A stretch of DNA of 61,814 nt from an uncultured Ignavibacteriota bacterium (GCA_947085285.1 CAMTVZ010000165.1:1-61814), one strand, 5' to 3'. Counted from the stretch's first letter, positions 19,586-28,769 are shown. Made by a program: numbers and translations. Notes: generated by a model from the sequence alone, not told the origin.

Positions 19586-21241
19586 TTATTTTGATACTTG
19601 TACAATTAAAACTGCAATTCCAATTACAACACTTAATATACTTGCTGTTTGGCTTAAGATTGTTGTATAATATGCGAATGTCCTTTCGGGTTTTTTGGGA
19701 ACCCAAATATAATCACCCTCCTCGATCGTTGTTTCGTCCGGCTCTAACCATTGTTTTGTTTTTGCTTTGATTATTTTTACGTCCCCTTTTCTCGCTGCAT
19801 CTGTAAAACCACCGCATTTGGCGATGTAATATTCCATCGACTCACCTTTGACGAAGGGGATATGCCCGGGGGTAATTACTTGACCGAAAACATATATCGT
19901 ATTTTTTATAGAAGGTATTTGTATATAATCGCCATTCTTGAGTAAAACATCCTGCGATTTATCATTTTGTAAAAATAATTTTTCGAAATCTACGTTCACG
20001 ATTTCTTTTCGGAGGCGAAGCTCAGTTTCCATAAAGTATGAAGCTGTATCGTCCGGAGATATGCTGCCGCGCATGCTCATAATCCGTTCGATGTCCATTT
20101 CGCGTGGCGAAACCGACTGCCTGTAAAGTTCAGCCGATTTGAGTGAAGCGAATTCAGTAAACCCTCCGGCCGATTGAATCGCATCTGATAAACGACTGTT
20201 ATTTTTAGTAATAGGATATGTTCCGGGGTACTTAACCTCGCCTCCAATATGTACAACGAAATCTTCTCTCAATTCTAATTTTTGTTTAACTACAATTCTG
20301 TCGCACGGTACAAGCGGAATATTTTTAGAATTTCCGTCATAAATTTCGCTTAATTTTAGAATTTTAGTTTCAATTGTTTTGGCTTCCTCGTCGAGGCGTG
20401 AGAATTCGATACTATCTAAATTTGCTAAAGGAGTAGAACCGAGGGCTATTTTTAAAGCATCGGTAATGCTGTCGCCATCAACAAACTCGAATCTCCCCGG
20501 ATTATTTACTTCGCCATAAACACCGATAACATTCTTAATTGGATTTTTCCTCGGTACAATAATTACATCGCCTTCGCGAAGGTAGGGATTATGTTTGTCT
20601 TCTTTTGTAGCTAAAAACTTTGGAATATCTATTCTGATGCTCGAACCATCTTTTCGTTTTAACAGAATGTTTCGTGTTGACATCCTCTCGATGACTGCGG
20701 ATAGTTCACTTTGAGTTTGCCGCTGCGACAGTGTATTGGCAGCTTGTAAGGCTTTATCGACACGATCGACTGCTGATAGAGTGTAGAGGGCTGGATTCAA
20801 TACATTGCCGGATACAGTTACTACGACAGGGCGCGGTTCTATAAGGGTAACAGTTATCTCGCTTGCAATATATTTTTTCCGGACTTCCGCATGAACAATT
20901 TTTTTTACTTCGGCTAAAGTTTTATCAGCAACTTTCACTTCACCGACGGTCGGAATGATAAGTGTCCCTTCGGGGGTAACTGTCAAAAAAAAATTAACAG
21001 CAGGACTTATCCAGATGTTTACCGCAATTTTATCAGACGGTCCTACAAAATATTTTTCAGCATCTACCGTTCCTTCTAAAGCCACCTGTTGTGGTTGTGG
21101 CATTAATTGTTGATATTGCCTTGATTTAGAATCAAAGTTATCAAAGATATTGTTTGTCTCTTTGTCTTTGCTAAACTGTCCAACAGTAGTTGAGGTAAAA
21201 AGTAATAGCAAAAATAAAACTATGTTTTTAATTTTAATCAA
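19586..21241 (-). CDS. polysaccharide export protein (Wza-like; Poly_export + multiple SLBB domains)
   Basis: 551 aa with a signal peptide and YxVGPSDKIAVNIW (Poly_export PES motif region). It has repeated SLBB-like units (GEVxxPGxY...L..AI..AGG) and a C-terminal hydrophobic helix. Confidence 0.75.
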   Translation of the reverse strand: MIKIKNIVLFLLLLFTSTTVGQFSKDKETNNIFDNFDSKSRQYQQLMPQPQQVALEGTVDAEKYFVGPSDKIAVNIWISPAVNFFLTVTPEGTLIIPTVGEVKVADKTLAEVKKIVHAEVRKKYIASEITVTLIEPRPVVVTVSGNVLNPALYTLSAVDRVDKALQAANTLSQRQTQSELSAVIERMSTRNILLKRKDGSSIRIDIPKFLATKEDKHNPYLREGDVIIVPRKNPIKNVIGVYGEVNNPGRFEFVDGDSITDALKIALGSTPLANLDSIEFSRLDEEAKTIETKILKLSEIYDGNSKNIPLVPCDRIVVKQKLELREDFVVHIGGEVKYPGTYPITKNNSRLSDAIQSAGGFTEFASLKSAELYRQSVSPREMDIERIMSMRGSISPDDTASYFMETELRLRKEIVNVDFEKLFLQNDKSQDVLLKNGDYIQIPSIKNTIYVFGQVITPGHIPFVKGESMEYYIAKCGGFTDAARKGDVKIIKAKTKQWLEPDETTIEEGDYIWVPKKPERTFAYYTTILSQTASILSVVIGIAVLIVQVSK

Positions 21242-21255
21242 TGTTCAGTTCCTCA

Positions 21256-22269
21256 TTATCTATTTTCGTACATGTTTTTATAATATTCTTGATACTCGCC
21301 GCTAATTATCCGTTGCCACCATTCTTTGTTGTTTAAATACCATTCGATTGTTTCGGTGATACCTTCTTCAAATGTATAGCGCGGTTGCCAGTTCAATTCG
21401 TTTTTAATTTTGCTTGCATCTATTGCATATCTCAAATCGTGCCCTGGACGGTCTTTCACAAAGGTTATTAAACTTTCTGGTTTATTCAACTTTGCTAAGA
21501 GAAGTTTAACAATGTCGATATTTTTCCATTCGTTATTTCCACCGATGTTATAAACTTCGCCAATTTTTCCTTTATGAAGTACTACGTCGATAGCTTCGCA
21601 ATGATCGAGTACGTGCAGCCAATCTCGTACGTTAGTTCCATTCCCATAAACTGGAAGTGGTTTGTCGTTTAGTGCGTTTGCAATCATCAACGGTATTAAT
21701 TTTTCTGGGAATTGGTATGGTCCGTAATTGTTTGAACAGCGGGTAATAAGAACAGGGATTCCAAATGTATGTTGATAAGCCAAAGCAAGTAAATCGGCGC
21801 CGGTTTTGCTTGCGGCATAAGGACTGTTGGGATGGAGTGGAGAATCTTCCGTAAATTTCCCTGAGCTTCCTAATGAACCATAAACTTCATCTGTCGACAC
21901 TTGAAGAAACTTCTCGACACCATGTTCCTTTGCTAATTCTAATAGGACCTGAGTTCCGAGCACATTTGTTTGTATAAAAATTGTTGCACCTAATATGCTG
22001 CGGTCGACGTGCGACTCAGCTGCGAAATTTACTACAGTGTCGATTTGATATTTCTGTAAAACATTTGCAACGGCTTCCTTGTCGCAAATGTCGCCTTTTA
22101 TAAATTTGTAATTTGGATTTGATTCTACACTCTTCAGGTTTTCTAAATTTCCTGCATAGGTTAGCTTATCAAAATTGACTATCCTGTAATCAGGATATTT
22201 GTTAAGGATATAGTGGATAAAGTTGCTACCAATAAACCCAGCTCCTCCTGTAACTAAAAAATTTTTCAT
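21256..22269 (-). CDS. rfbB: dTDP-glucose 4,6-dehydratase
   Basis: 337 aa. Motifs: GGAGFIGSNF, AAESHVDRS, STDEVYG, PYAASKTGADLL (YxxxK), and DRPGHDLRYAID. Confidence 0.9.
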   Translation of the reverse strand: MKNFLVTGGAGFIGSNFIHYILNKYPDYRIVNFDKLTYAGNLENLKSVESNPNYKFIKGDICDKEAVANVLQKYQIDTVVNFAAESHVDRSILGATIFIQTNVLGTQVLLELAKEHGVEKFLQVSTDEVYGSLGSSGKFTEDSPLHPNSPYAASKTGADLLALAYQHTFGIPVLITRCSNNYGPYQFPEKLIPLMIANALNDKPLPVYGNGTNVRDWLHVLDHCEAIDVVLHKGKIGEVYNIGGNNEWKNIDIVKLLLAKLNKPESLITFVKDRPGHDLRYAIDASKIKNELNWQPRYTFEEGITETIEWYLNNKEWWQRIISGEYQEYYKNMYENR

Positions 22270-22272
22270 AGA

Positions 22273-22749
22273 TTAATCTTCAATTTTAAAAATTGTGTTA
22301 GGATCGTTTTCGTGCCGAATTTCATCAACTTTTTCTTTTTTCCCAATTCCCATGAATAATCGGTTCGGATAATTTGTTACCATCCCGAGTTGATTGCCAA
22401 TATTTTTATATGCGTGGACTACTCCTGGGGGAACAAGAATTGATTTTGGTTCATCCTCGCCGGCAGTGATTATCATTTTATTCAGGTAAGTTGGGGAATT
22501 CTTCCTATTATCCCATAGATAAATTTTGAAAGTCGATGGACCTATGAATCCAAATAAATCTGTCTGCTCGATGTGTTCGTGTGGACCGCGAGCAACTTGA
22601 GGTTTCGTCATTGAAATGTACGACATTTCGGGGCGAAATTCTGCTAAAAGTTCATCGTTGCGAAAAGTTTCGATAAGCCAACCGCGTTGGTCTGAATATT
22701 TACTTAATACTTTTATTACCACACCATTGATTGGAGCGTAGTTGAACAT
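22273..22749 (-). CDS. rfbC: dTDP-4-dehydrorhamnose 3,5-epimerase family protein (short cupin form)
   Basis: 158 aa. DQRGWLIETFR, RGPHEH and PPGVVHAYKN match the epimerase cupin core. No rfbA or rfbD lies in the window. Confidence 0.7.
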   Translation of the reverse strand: MFNYAPINGVVIKVLSKYSDQRGWLIETFRNDELLAEFRPEMSYISMTKPQVARGPHEHIEQTDLFGFIGPSTFKIYLWDNRKNSPTYLNKMIITAGEDEPKSILVPPGVVHAYKNIGNQLGMVTNYPNRLFMGIGKKEKVDEIRHENDPNTIFKIED

Positions 22750-23083
22750 ATTGTTTCCTGAATAGTTTGAAAATCTGCTTGAAAATAAGAAAAAAAGCTT
22801 TAAAAAACAATGGTAGCAATATGTTCGGTAAGTATTCCTTTATGTTTTTATGAAAATTCTGTGGAATGAATCTACAAAAAGCCCACATTAAAATCAAATA
22901 AAGGGGCTCTCCAATAAGTCCGAATACCTCGCCCTTGATGTTTGTCGAAATCTAAAACTGTGGAGTAATGAGCATTAGAACAAGTTCAGGGGATCGGGCA
23001 TTTTTGCTATTTGGGAAACTTCTTACGAGGGCTGATTTATAAAAGTATTTTTTTTAATAACTCAGCCCCCATTAGATTACTGA

Positions 23084-24238
23084 TTATGCAACTAAAACTT
23101 CTTTAGTTTTTTTTGTTAATTCGGCGGGTGTGAATGGTTTTGGGATGATGTCGAATGCACCTAATCTTATTGCTTCAATTGCATTTTCGATTGAAGCATA
23201 ACCTGAAATCATAATTACAGGTATTTCGGGCCAATTCCTTTTTATAGATTGCAGAACTTCAATACCGCTCCGCTTGGGCATCTTTAAATCTAACAGTATC
23301 AAATCGTATCTATTGAGTTTCATTTTTTGCAATGCTGCATCTACGTCGAATGCTTCTTCAACGGCGCAGCTTTGTTTAGATAAAATTTTTCGGACACTGT
23401 GGCAAACTATTGGCTCATCGTCAACAACTAATATGGAATGCTTTGCCGTTGCATCTCTGCCCCATAATGCTGTTAAAGGTATATCCGATCTGCTCAGACA
23501 ATTTATGTAATCGGAATTCGTTGCTTGTTCAACCTCAGAGATGCTGAATGGGAGGTCGGCATCGATTATTTCGGATGTATATCGTTTTACTTTAACGGCT
23601 TTTGTTCGCTCTTTCTTTTCGATTGGACATTCCCCGATACATTCACGCCCTTCGGTGATAACACGGCGGCATTCACGTTTCCCCAAATTGCAGTATGCTT
23701 TGACGGCTTCCTTTTTTGCAAGGGGCATATCGGAATGAGTAAGGGCTTCAACATATTCTATCGAAGTTGCTCTGGCTACTTCGTTTTTATTGAATGGCAT
23801 ATCAACATCAATTATTTCGGAAGTTTGCTCATAAACTTTGGGTTCAACTTTTCGTTGCTCAATTTTTAATTGTCGTTGTGTTAAAGCTTTTTTTGTAGCT
23901 TCGCTTAATTCATCGGGGGTGAAGGGTTTCGGTAAGTAGCTCGAAGCTCCAAGCTTTGTTGCCTTTACTGCTGATTCGATGGATGCGTAGCCAGTTATCA
24001 TTATTACTTCGAGGTCAGGATAATGATCTCGTATAATTTGCATCAATTCTATTCCGTTAGTTTTAGGCATCATTAAATCGGTAATCACTAAATCGAATGA
24101 AGTTTGATTAATTTTTTTAATTGCATCTTCAACACTCAATGCATTTTCTACTTCATAACCTTTGCGTGAGAGAATTTTATTTATACTTCTGCACACGGTT
24201 TCTTCGTCGTCGACCACTAATATTTTTTCAGTTATCAT
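23084..24238 (-). CDS. dual response-regulator receiver protein with a duplicated linker module and a four-Cys cluster (REC-[rpt-CX6CX9CX3CP-rpt]-REC); no output domain
   Basis: 384 aa.
- REC1 (aa 1-120): VVDDEE, ITD54LMMP, YLPKPF.
- REC2 (aa 268-384): VVDDEP, LLD317LKMP, IIPKPF.
- The linker holds two copies of SEIID[VA]D[ML]PF..EV..AT...Y.....SD[MI]PL, at aa 140-173 and 222-255.
- The copies flank C183-x6-C190-x9-C200-x3-C204-P.
- SD-like AAGGAA lies 8 nt upstream of the ATG. Confidence 0.8.
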   Translation of the reverse strand: MITEKILVVDDEETVCRSINKILSRKGYEVENALSVEDAIKKINQTSFDLVITDLMMPKTNGIELMQIIRDHYPDLEVIMITGYASIESAVKATKLGASSYLPKPFTPDELSEATKKALTQRQLKIEQRKVEPKVYEQTSEIIDVDMPFNKNEVARATSIEYVEALTHSDMPLAKKEAVKAYCNLGKRECRRVITEGRECIGECPIEKKERTKAVKVKRYTSEIIDADLPFSISEVEQATNSDYINCLSRSDIPLTALWGRDATAKHSILVVDDEPIVCHSVRKILSKQSCAVEEAFDVDAALQKMKLNRYDLILLDLKMPKRSGIEVLQSIKRNWPEIPVIMISGYASIENAIEAIRLGAFDIIPKPFTPAELTKKTKEVLVA

Positions 24239-24291
24239 TTTAATTTCCTTTTGATTTTTGATTAATTATAATTTTTTCATGCTTCTATAAC

Positions 24292-24307
24292 TGCAATCGC
24301 TATGCCA
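24292..24307 (-). promoter_or_regulatory. sigma-54 (-24/-12) promoter for the dual-REC gene
   Basis: The minus strand reads TGGCAT-AGCGA-TTGCA, against the consensus TGGCAC-N5-TTGCW with exact GG/GC spacing. The -12 element lies about 55 nt upstream of the ATG at 24238. A sigma-54 activator gene is immediately upstream. Confidence 0.6.
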
Positions 24308-24505
24308 TTGAAGTTTTAATGGGGAGTGATTAGCTATAATCTATTATATTATAATGAGTTATGGATGGAAAAATTATGGAAGAGTGAGGGATTTACGATT
24401 TTTATCACAAAAAATATAAATAGGAAAATGCTTAAATTGGGTTGGGAGGCGTATATTATTGAGATAAAAAAAATATACACCTGCATCTAAAATTGTGCAT
24501 AAAAA

Positions 24506-25900
24506 TTATTTTGAAATACCGTATTTCCGCATCAAAGCTTGAAAATTGGAGCGCTGCATTTCAACATCACGAGCAGCTTTCGAGATATTCCAGTTGTTTC
24601 GGATGAGAGCTTCTTCTATAAACATTTTTTCTATATCTTGAATTGATGCTTCACGTATTTGTTTCTTTAGCTTTTTGAGTTCCTCAGAATTTTTTGGGAT
24701 GAGTGATTTTGTTTGTGTCTCGGTTTTAAAGAGGGCGGCTGAAATATGAACAGGCAATATTTCATTTCCATCAACTAATATTGTTAATCGTTCAATTGTG
24801 TGTTCAAGTTCGCGAACATTTCCGGGCCAATGGTAATTAAGCAAAACTTCACAGGCTTCAAGTCCGATTTTTGGGATTGGTTTTGATAATTTGTTACAAG
24901 AAATTTTTAGAAATTTTTTTATCAGTTCAGGTATATCTTCTTTCCTCTCACGAAGTGGTGGTAGTTTAATAGGGAAAACATTCAGCCGGTAATAAAGGTC
25001 TTCCCGAAATTTTCCTTCGCTAACCAAGTTTTTCAAATTCTGGTTGGTAGCAAAAATCAATCGGACATCGACGTTTTTGATTTTTGTGCTTCCGACCGGA
25101 AGAATTTCTTTAGTTTGCAGAACGCGTAGTAACCGCGACTGTACTTCGAGCGATAGGTTACCGATTTCATCTAAGAAGATGGTTCCGTTATCAGCAACTT
25201 CAAACAATCCTTGTTTGTCGGAGGTAGCTCCAGTGAACGAACCTTTTTTATGGCCGAACAATTCGCTCTCTAACAAGGTAGTCGATAGTGTAGATATATC
25301 TAATGCAAAAAATTTTTCCTCTTTCCGTTTGCTGCAATTATGTATCGCTCGTGCTGTTAAATCTTTGCCGGTTCCGCTCTCACCGATTATTAAAACGGTG
25401 CAATCGGTAGGGGCAACTTTCCGAATTAAATTAAAAACCTCAATCATTTTAGGGCTTTGTCCGATAAAACCTTCAAAAACAGAAGCTTCAAAAGGCTCGG
25501 TTTCGTTTTTCATTTGTTGTATCAGTTTGCGTTTTTCTAATGCACGGTTGAGAACAGCTAAAAGTTCATTAGGAGTGAATGGTTTAGGGAGAAAATCGAA
25601 TGCACCCGATCGCATTGTTTCGACTGCTGCTGCAATAGTCGCATAACCAGTTATAATGATTACGACAGTCTCAGGATACCGCTGTTTGATTGTGGTTAAA
25701 ATCTCAAATCCACTTATATCCAACATCTTCAAATCGGTGAAGACCACATCGAAAGAATCGGATTGCAAAAGTGCAAGCGCCTGCTTGCCTGTTGTGCTGT
25801 ATTGTACTTTGTGTCCGGCACGCAGGAATATTTTTTCACAACTCTTACAGATAACTAATTCATCGTCAACGACTAATATTTTGGCTGTCATTTGTTTCAA
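24506..25900 (-). CDS. sigma-54-dependent Fis-family response regulator (NtrC-type enhancer-binding protein)
   Basis: 464 aa. REC domain: VVDDE, FTDLKM, LPKPF. AAA+ domain: GESGTGKDL, ELFGHKKGSFTGA (a GAFTGA variant), FLDEIG, RVLQ...PVG, FREDLYYRL. C-terminal HTH: NWNISKAARDVEMQRSNFQALMRKYGI. Confidence 0.9.
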   Translation of the reverse strand: MKQMTAKILVVDDELVICKSCEKIFLRAGHKVQYSTTGKQALALLQSDSFDVVFTDLKMLDISGFEILTTIKQRYPETVVIIITGYATIAAAVETMRSGAFDFLPKPFTPNELLAVLNRALEKRKLIQQMKNETEPFEASVFEGFIGQSPKMIEVFNLIRKVAPTDCTVLIIGESGTGKDLTARAIHNCSKRKEEKFFALDISTLSTTLLESELFGHKKGSFTGATSDKQGLFEVADNGTIFLDEIGNLSLEVQSRLLRVLQTKEILPVGSTKIKNVDVRLIFATNQNLKNLVSEGKFREDLYYRLNVFPIKLPPLRERKEDIPELIKKFLKISCNKLSKPIPKIGLEACEVLLNYHWPGNVRELEHTIERLTILVDGNEILPVHISAALFKTETQTKSLIPKNSEELKKLKKQIREASIQDIEKMFIEEALIRNNWNISKAARDVEMQRSNFQALMRKYGISK

Positions 25901-27875
25901 TTTCTAATGATTTTATTGGTAGATAGATAGTGAATGTAGTTCCGTTGCCCGTTACACTCTCGACATTTATAGTCCCGCCGTGCTGCTCAATAATTCCGTA
26001 ACTAATAGAAAGTCCTAATCCTGTGCCGTGTTCTTTTGTAGTAAAGAATGGGTCAAAAATTTTATCCCGAATGTGTTCTGGTATGCCGGGCCCTGTATCC
26101 TTAATCGAAACAACAATCGAGTTCTCATTTGCATCCATTTTTGATTCAATAATTAAATCGCCACCGCGAGTCATTGCTTCTGATGCGTTCAAAATTATGT
26201 TTATGAAAACTTGCTGAATTTGATCAGGGTCTGCCATTATTTCTGGTAGATCTTTTGAGAGATTTTTTTCAATCTTAATGTTTCGGAAAGAGGTCTGATT
26301 TCTTACCAGAAGAATTATGTTCTCGATTAAAGTGTTGATGTTTATTATTTTTTTTTGAGGAGCTATTTGTTTAGCAAAATCGAGGAGTCGCTTTACAATT
26401 TCGCGGCAACGTATCGTTTCTTTGACTATCAATTCAACGTCGTCACGCTTCGGATCGCCTTTCGGTAAATCTTCTAACAGTATGCTGCTGTTAGTTAATA
26501 TGCCGGTCAATGGATTGTTAATTTCGTGAGCAACACCTGCGGCAAGTTTGCCGAGCGAAGCAAGTTTTTCTGAACGGAATAATTGTGAGTGAATTTTTTT
26601 TATCTCCTTTGTCCGTTCTTCAACTTTTATTTCGAGTTTATTTCCCCATTCTTCTAGTTCAAGTTTCTCATTCTCGAGTTCTCTTGCCATGTAATTCAGT
26701 GAAGCTGCAAGTCGTTCAATCTCGCGCGGCGCCTTAAGTTCGAGATTGTGGTGATATTTACCCTCCGTTATTTCTACTGCGATTTCTTCCAACTTTTTCA
26801 GTGGGTTTGATATTTTTTTTGCCTGATGTATCGAAATTAAAACTATTAAAAGAATACCGACTAATGTAATTCCAAGAAAAGTTATTAAGGTATTTCGCAA
26901 TAAATCGTTAAACGGTTCTTTAAGAATACCCACATAAAGGATTCCGATAATTTTATTTTGAATATCCTTGATTGGTTCGTAGGCGCCGATGTACCAAGTG
27001 TTGACTACAAAGGCATCGCCAATCCAAAGTTTGCCATCTCTCAGTACGGCATCGTTTACTTCTTCTGAGACCAAGGTTGTGATAGCAACACTGCCGTCCT
27101 CGTTTTTCACGTTGGTCGAAATCCGCAAATCGTTCAAAAATATTGTAGCAGTGCTAACCTCCTTGCCTTTATATAATTCAGGCTCCTGCATAATTTTTTT
27201 AATTTTGTTAACAATTTCAAAATTCCTATTCAACAAAATTCCACCAATTAACACGCCTTGAAAAATATTTTCATCGTCGAAAATCGGCACGGCTGCCTTC
27301 AGCATCATACCCGATTTTTCTGAAAGCGATGTTCGGGGTTTGGCCATCGGTGTTGGAGTTATTTCCATGTGAGCTTGCTTGGCAAGGTCGGCTGATTCTC
27401 TATATAATTGATCAGCCGATACCACATCGGTCCCTGTTACAATTTGTTTAGTTTTTATAACCCGTTCAACGAAAAGATCATTAATTAATAAATCGCCGAA
27501 GGAATTCGGGTTTCTTCCGCGTGAAATAACTTTCCCATTCTTGTCAACGACAGTTAATATGTCGATTTGTTCACGTCTGAGAGTTCGTAGCAAATCTTTC
27601 TGTAAAAAATTTTTATCGTTTTCGCTGACTGCTTTTATCACTAAACTTCGGGCTGCTGTAAGTCGAACAATGCTCTCAATTTGTGAGATTTTATTTTGGT
27701 AAATTTCGCGTGCTGAGCTTAAATCGGAACGAACTTTTGTTTCGGCTCGAGTAATTATTTGGTCATAAATTAATTTCACCCCCACGATGCTTGTAATTAC
27801 AGCGGGAATAATAATAGCAATTGTGAAATAAATAATTAATTGAGATTGGATGCTTTTGGTTGTAAATGGTTTCAT
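25866..27875 (-). CDS. sensor histidine kinase (TM - extracytoplasmic Cache-like domain - TM - HAMP - HisKA - HATPase_c)
   Basis: 669 aa with two TM segments bracketing a sensor domain of about 300 aa and a HAMP-like segment after TM2. H-box GVAHEINNPL, N-box NIILNASEA, G-boxes DTGPGI and GTGLGLS. It overlaps the NtrC-type gene by 35 nt. Confidence 0.85.
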   Translation of the reverse strand: MKPFTTKSIQSQLIIYFTIAIIIPAVITSIVGVKLIYDQIITRAETKVRSDLSSAREIYQNKISQIESIVRLTAARSLVIKAVSENDKNFLQKDLLRTLRREQIDILTVVDKNGKVISRGRNPNSFGDLLINDLFVERVIKTKQIVTGTDVVSADQLYRESADLAKQAHMEITPTPMAKPRTSLSEKSGMMLKAAVPIFDDENIFQGVLIGGILLNRNFEIVNKIKKIMQEPELYKGKEVSTATIFLNDLRISTNVKNEDGSVAITTLVSEEVNDAVLRDGKLWIGDAFVVNTWYIGAYEPIKDIQNKIIGILYVGILKEPFNDLLRNTLITFLGITLVGILLIVLISIHQAKKISNPLKKLEEIAVEITEGKYHHNLELKAPREIERLAASLNYMARELENEKLELEEWGNKLEIKVEERTKEIKKIHSQLFRSEKLASLGKLAAGVAHEINNPLTGILTNSSILLEDLPKGDPKRDDVELIVKETIRCREIVKRLLDFAKQIAPQKKIININTLIENIILLVRNQTSFRNIKIEKNLSKDLPEIMADPDQIQQVFINIILNASEAMTRGGDLIIESKMDANENSIVVSIKDTGPGIPEHIRDKIFDPFFTTKEHGTGLGLSISYGIIEQHGGTINVESVTGNGTTFTIYLPIKSLEIETNDSQNISR

Positions 27876-28013
27876 TTAAGTATTACATACAAAAATTCTA
27901 ATTGAAAATGCAGAAAAATAAACCAAAAAGCAAATAATTTTAGGCTGTAGAACGACAACTAAATATTAATCACAGTCGCCGTTTCTCCTTATCGACATAT
28001 TTCCTTTATCGTG

Positions 28014-28769
28014 TCAAATTATTTCAATCGCCTCGCTAGGTATCCAGCCAACTTTGCCATCTGCCAGACGGATTTTTTTCCATTTATCTACGTTGTCTAA
28101 AATTTCTACTTTAACCCCCTCGTGCAAGATGAACAAATCGGTTCCACTTTCGTCGGGCGAGCTTTTAATCGCAACATTAGCCGAAAATATAATTGCTTCG
28201 CTTGTGCTTTGTTCGATTTTATTTTGTTGGAATGCAAAAATAAGAGTTACTACAGCAAATAAGGTTAAAAAAGTTCCGCTGAAGAAACTTAGGCGACGAA
28301 CTAACGATTTACGTGCAATTCGAAATATGGCAAAGCAGAATAATCCGACCCAGAGAGAAACTATGCATAAAACCGACCAAGTTGTTGAAGAAGTTAATCC
28401 GCTTAAAGTTTGCCACCATTCAACGATAAACAAACGAGGGAGGGGTTCGATTTTATCGACGACTTTAAGATTAGCGATTTTGAGATTATAGTTTATGTCG
28501 TCATCTTTTGGGGATAAACGTTTAGCACGTTCGTAGTACAATATTGAAGCCGGCAAATTATCCAGCTTAAAGTGTGCATTTGCTAAATTGTAGTAAAGGT
28601 CAGAATGTTCGTAACCGTGCCTGAGTATACTTTCGTAAATTGCAATCGCTTTCGAATACTCACCATCACGATAAAATTGAGTTGCTTGATTATATTGATG
28701 GCTGAGTTCGTCAGAAATTAAAATCGCAGGTAGCAGGAGAAGTAAAATTAAAGAAAGTAAATATCTCAT
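28014..28769 (-). CDS. batE: BatE-like protein (signal peptide, TPR repeats, TM segments, C-terminal SH3b domain)
   Basis: 251 aa. TPR-like YNQATQFYRDGEYSKAIAIYE... and a C-terminal WKKIRLADGKVGWIPSEAIEII SH3-type motif. It is the last gene of the bat-type operon. Confidence 0.65.
   Translation of the reverse strand: MRYLLSLILLLLLPAILISDELSHQYNQATQFYRDGEYSKAIAIYESILRHGYEHSDLYYNLANAHFKLDNLPASILYYERAKRLSPKDDDINYNLKIANLKVVDKIEPLPRLFIVEWWQTLSGLTSSTTWSVLCIVSLWVGLFCFAIFRIARKSLVRRLSFFSGTFLTLFAVVTLIFAFQQNKIEQSTSEAIIFSANVAIKSSPDESGTDLFILHEGVKVEILDNVDKWKKIRLADGKVGWIPSEAIEII

Noticed and set aside
22700-22897. A 65-aa minus-strand ORF upstream of rfbC and overlapping it.
   Set aside because: It overlaps the rfbC N-terminus out of frame, is Phe/Lys/Ile-rich and has no recognisable motif. 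The region is more plausibly the promoter/leader of the rfbC-EPS operon.
23029-23068. An inverted repeat GGGCTGA-N26-TCAGCCC after the dual-REC stop. It was considered as a terminator. Because the minus strand begins GGGGGCTGA, it was also considered as a tmRNA 5' end.
   Set aside because: As a terminator, the loop is 26 nt of A/T and no U-tract follows on either strand. As tmRNA, there is no tRNA-like 3' end (no T-arm GTTCGA.TCC...CCA) within the 334-nt gap, and the partner arm is only 26 nt away. It may still be a protein-binding site, but there is no support.
25044-25646. A 200-aa plus-strand ORF, and similar long antisense ORFs at 32768-33331 (187 aa), 34938-35423 (161 aa), 28054-28491 (145 aa), 2757-3173 (138 aa) and 23525-23869 (114 aa).
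   Set aside because: Each lies entirely antisense to a gene with strong family motifs (NtrC-type EBP, BatA, DUF58/MoxR, BatE, flippase, dual-REC). Each has a low-complexity or Ser/Ile/Phe-rich composition and no motif. They are typical shadow ORFs in AT-rich DNA.
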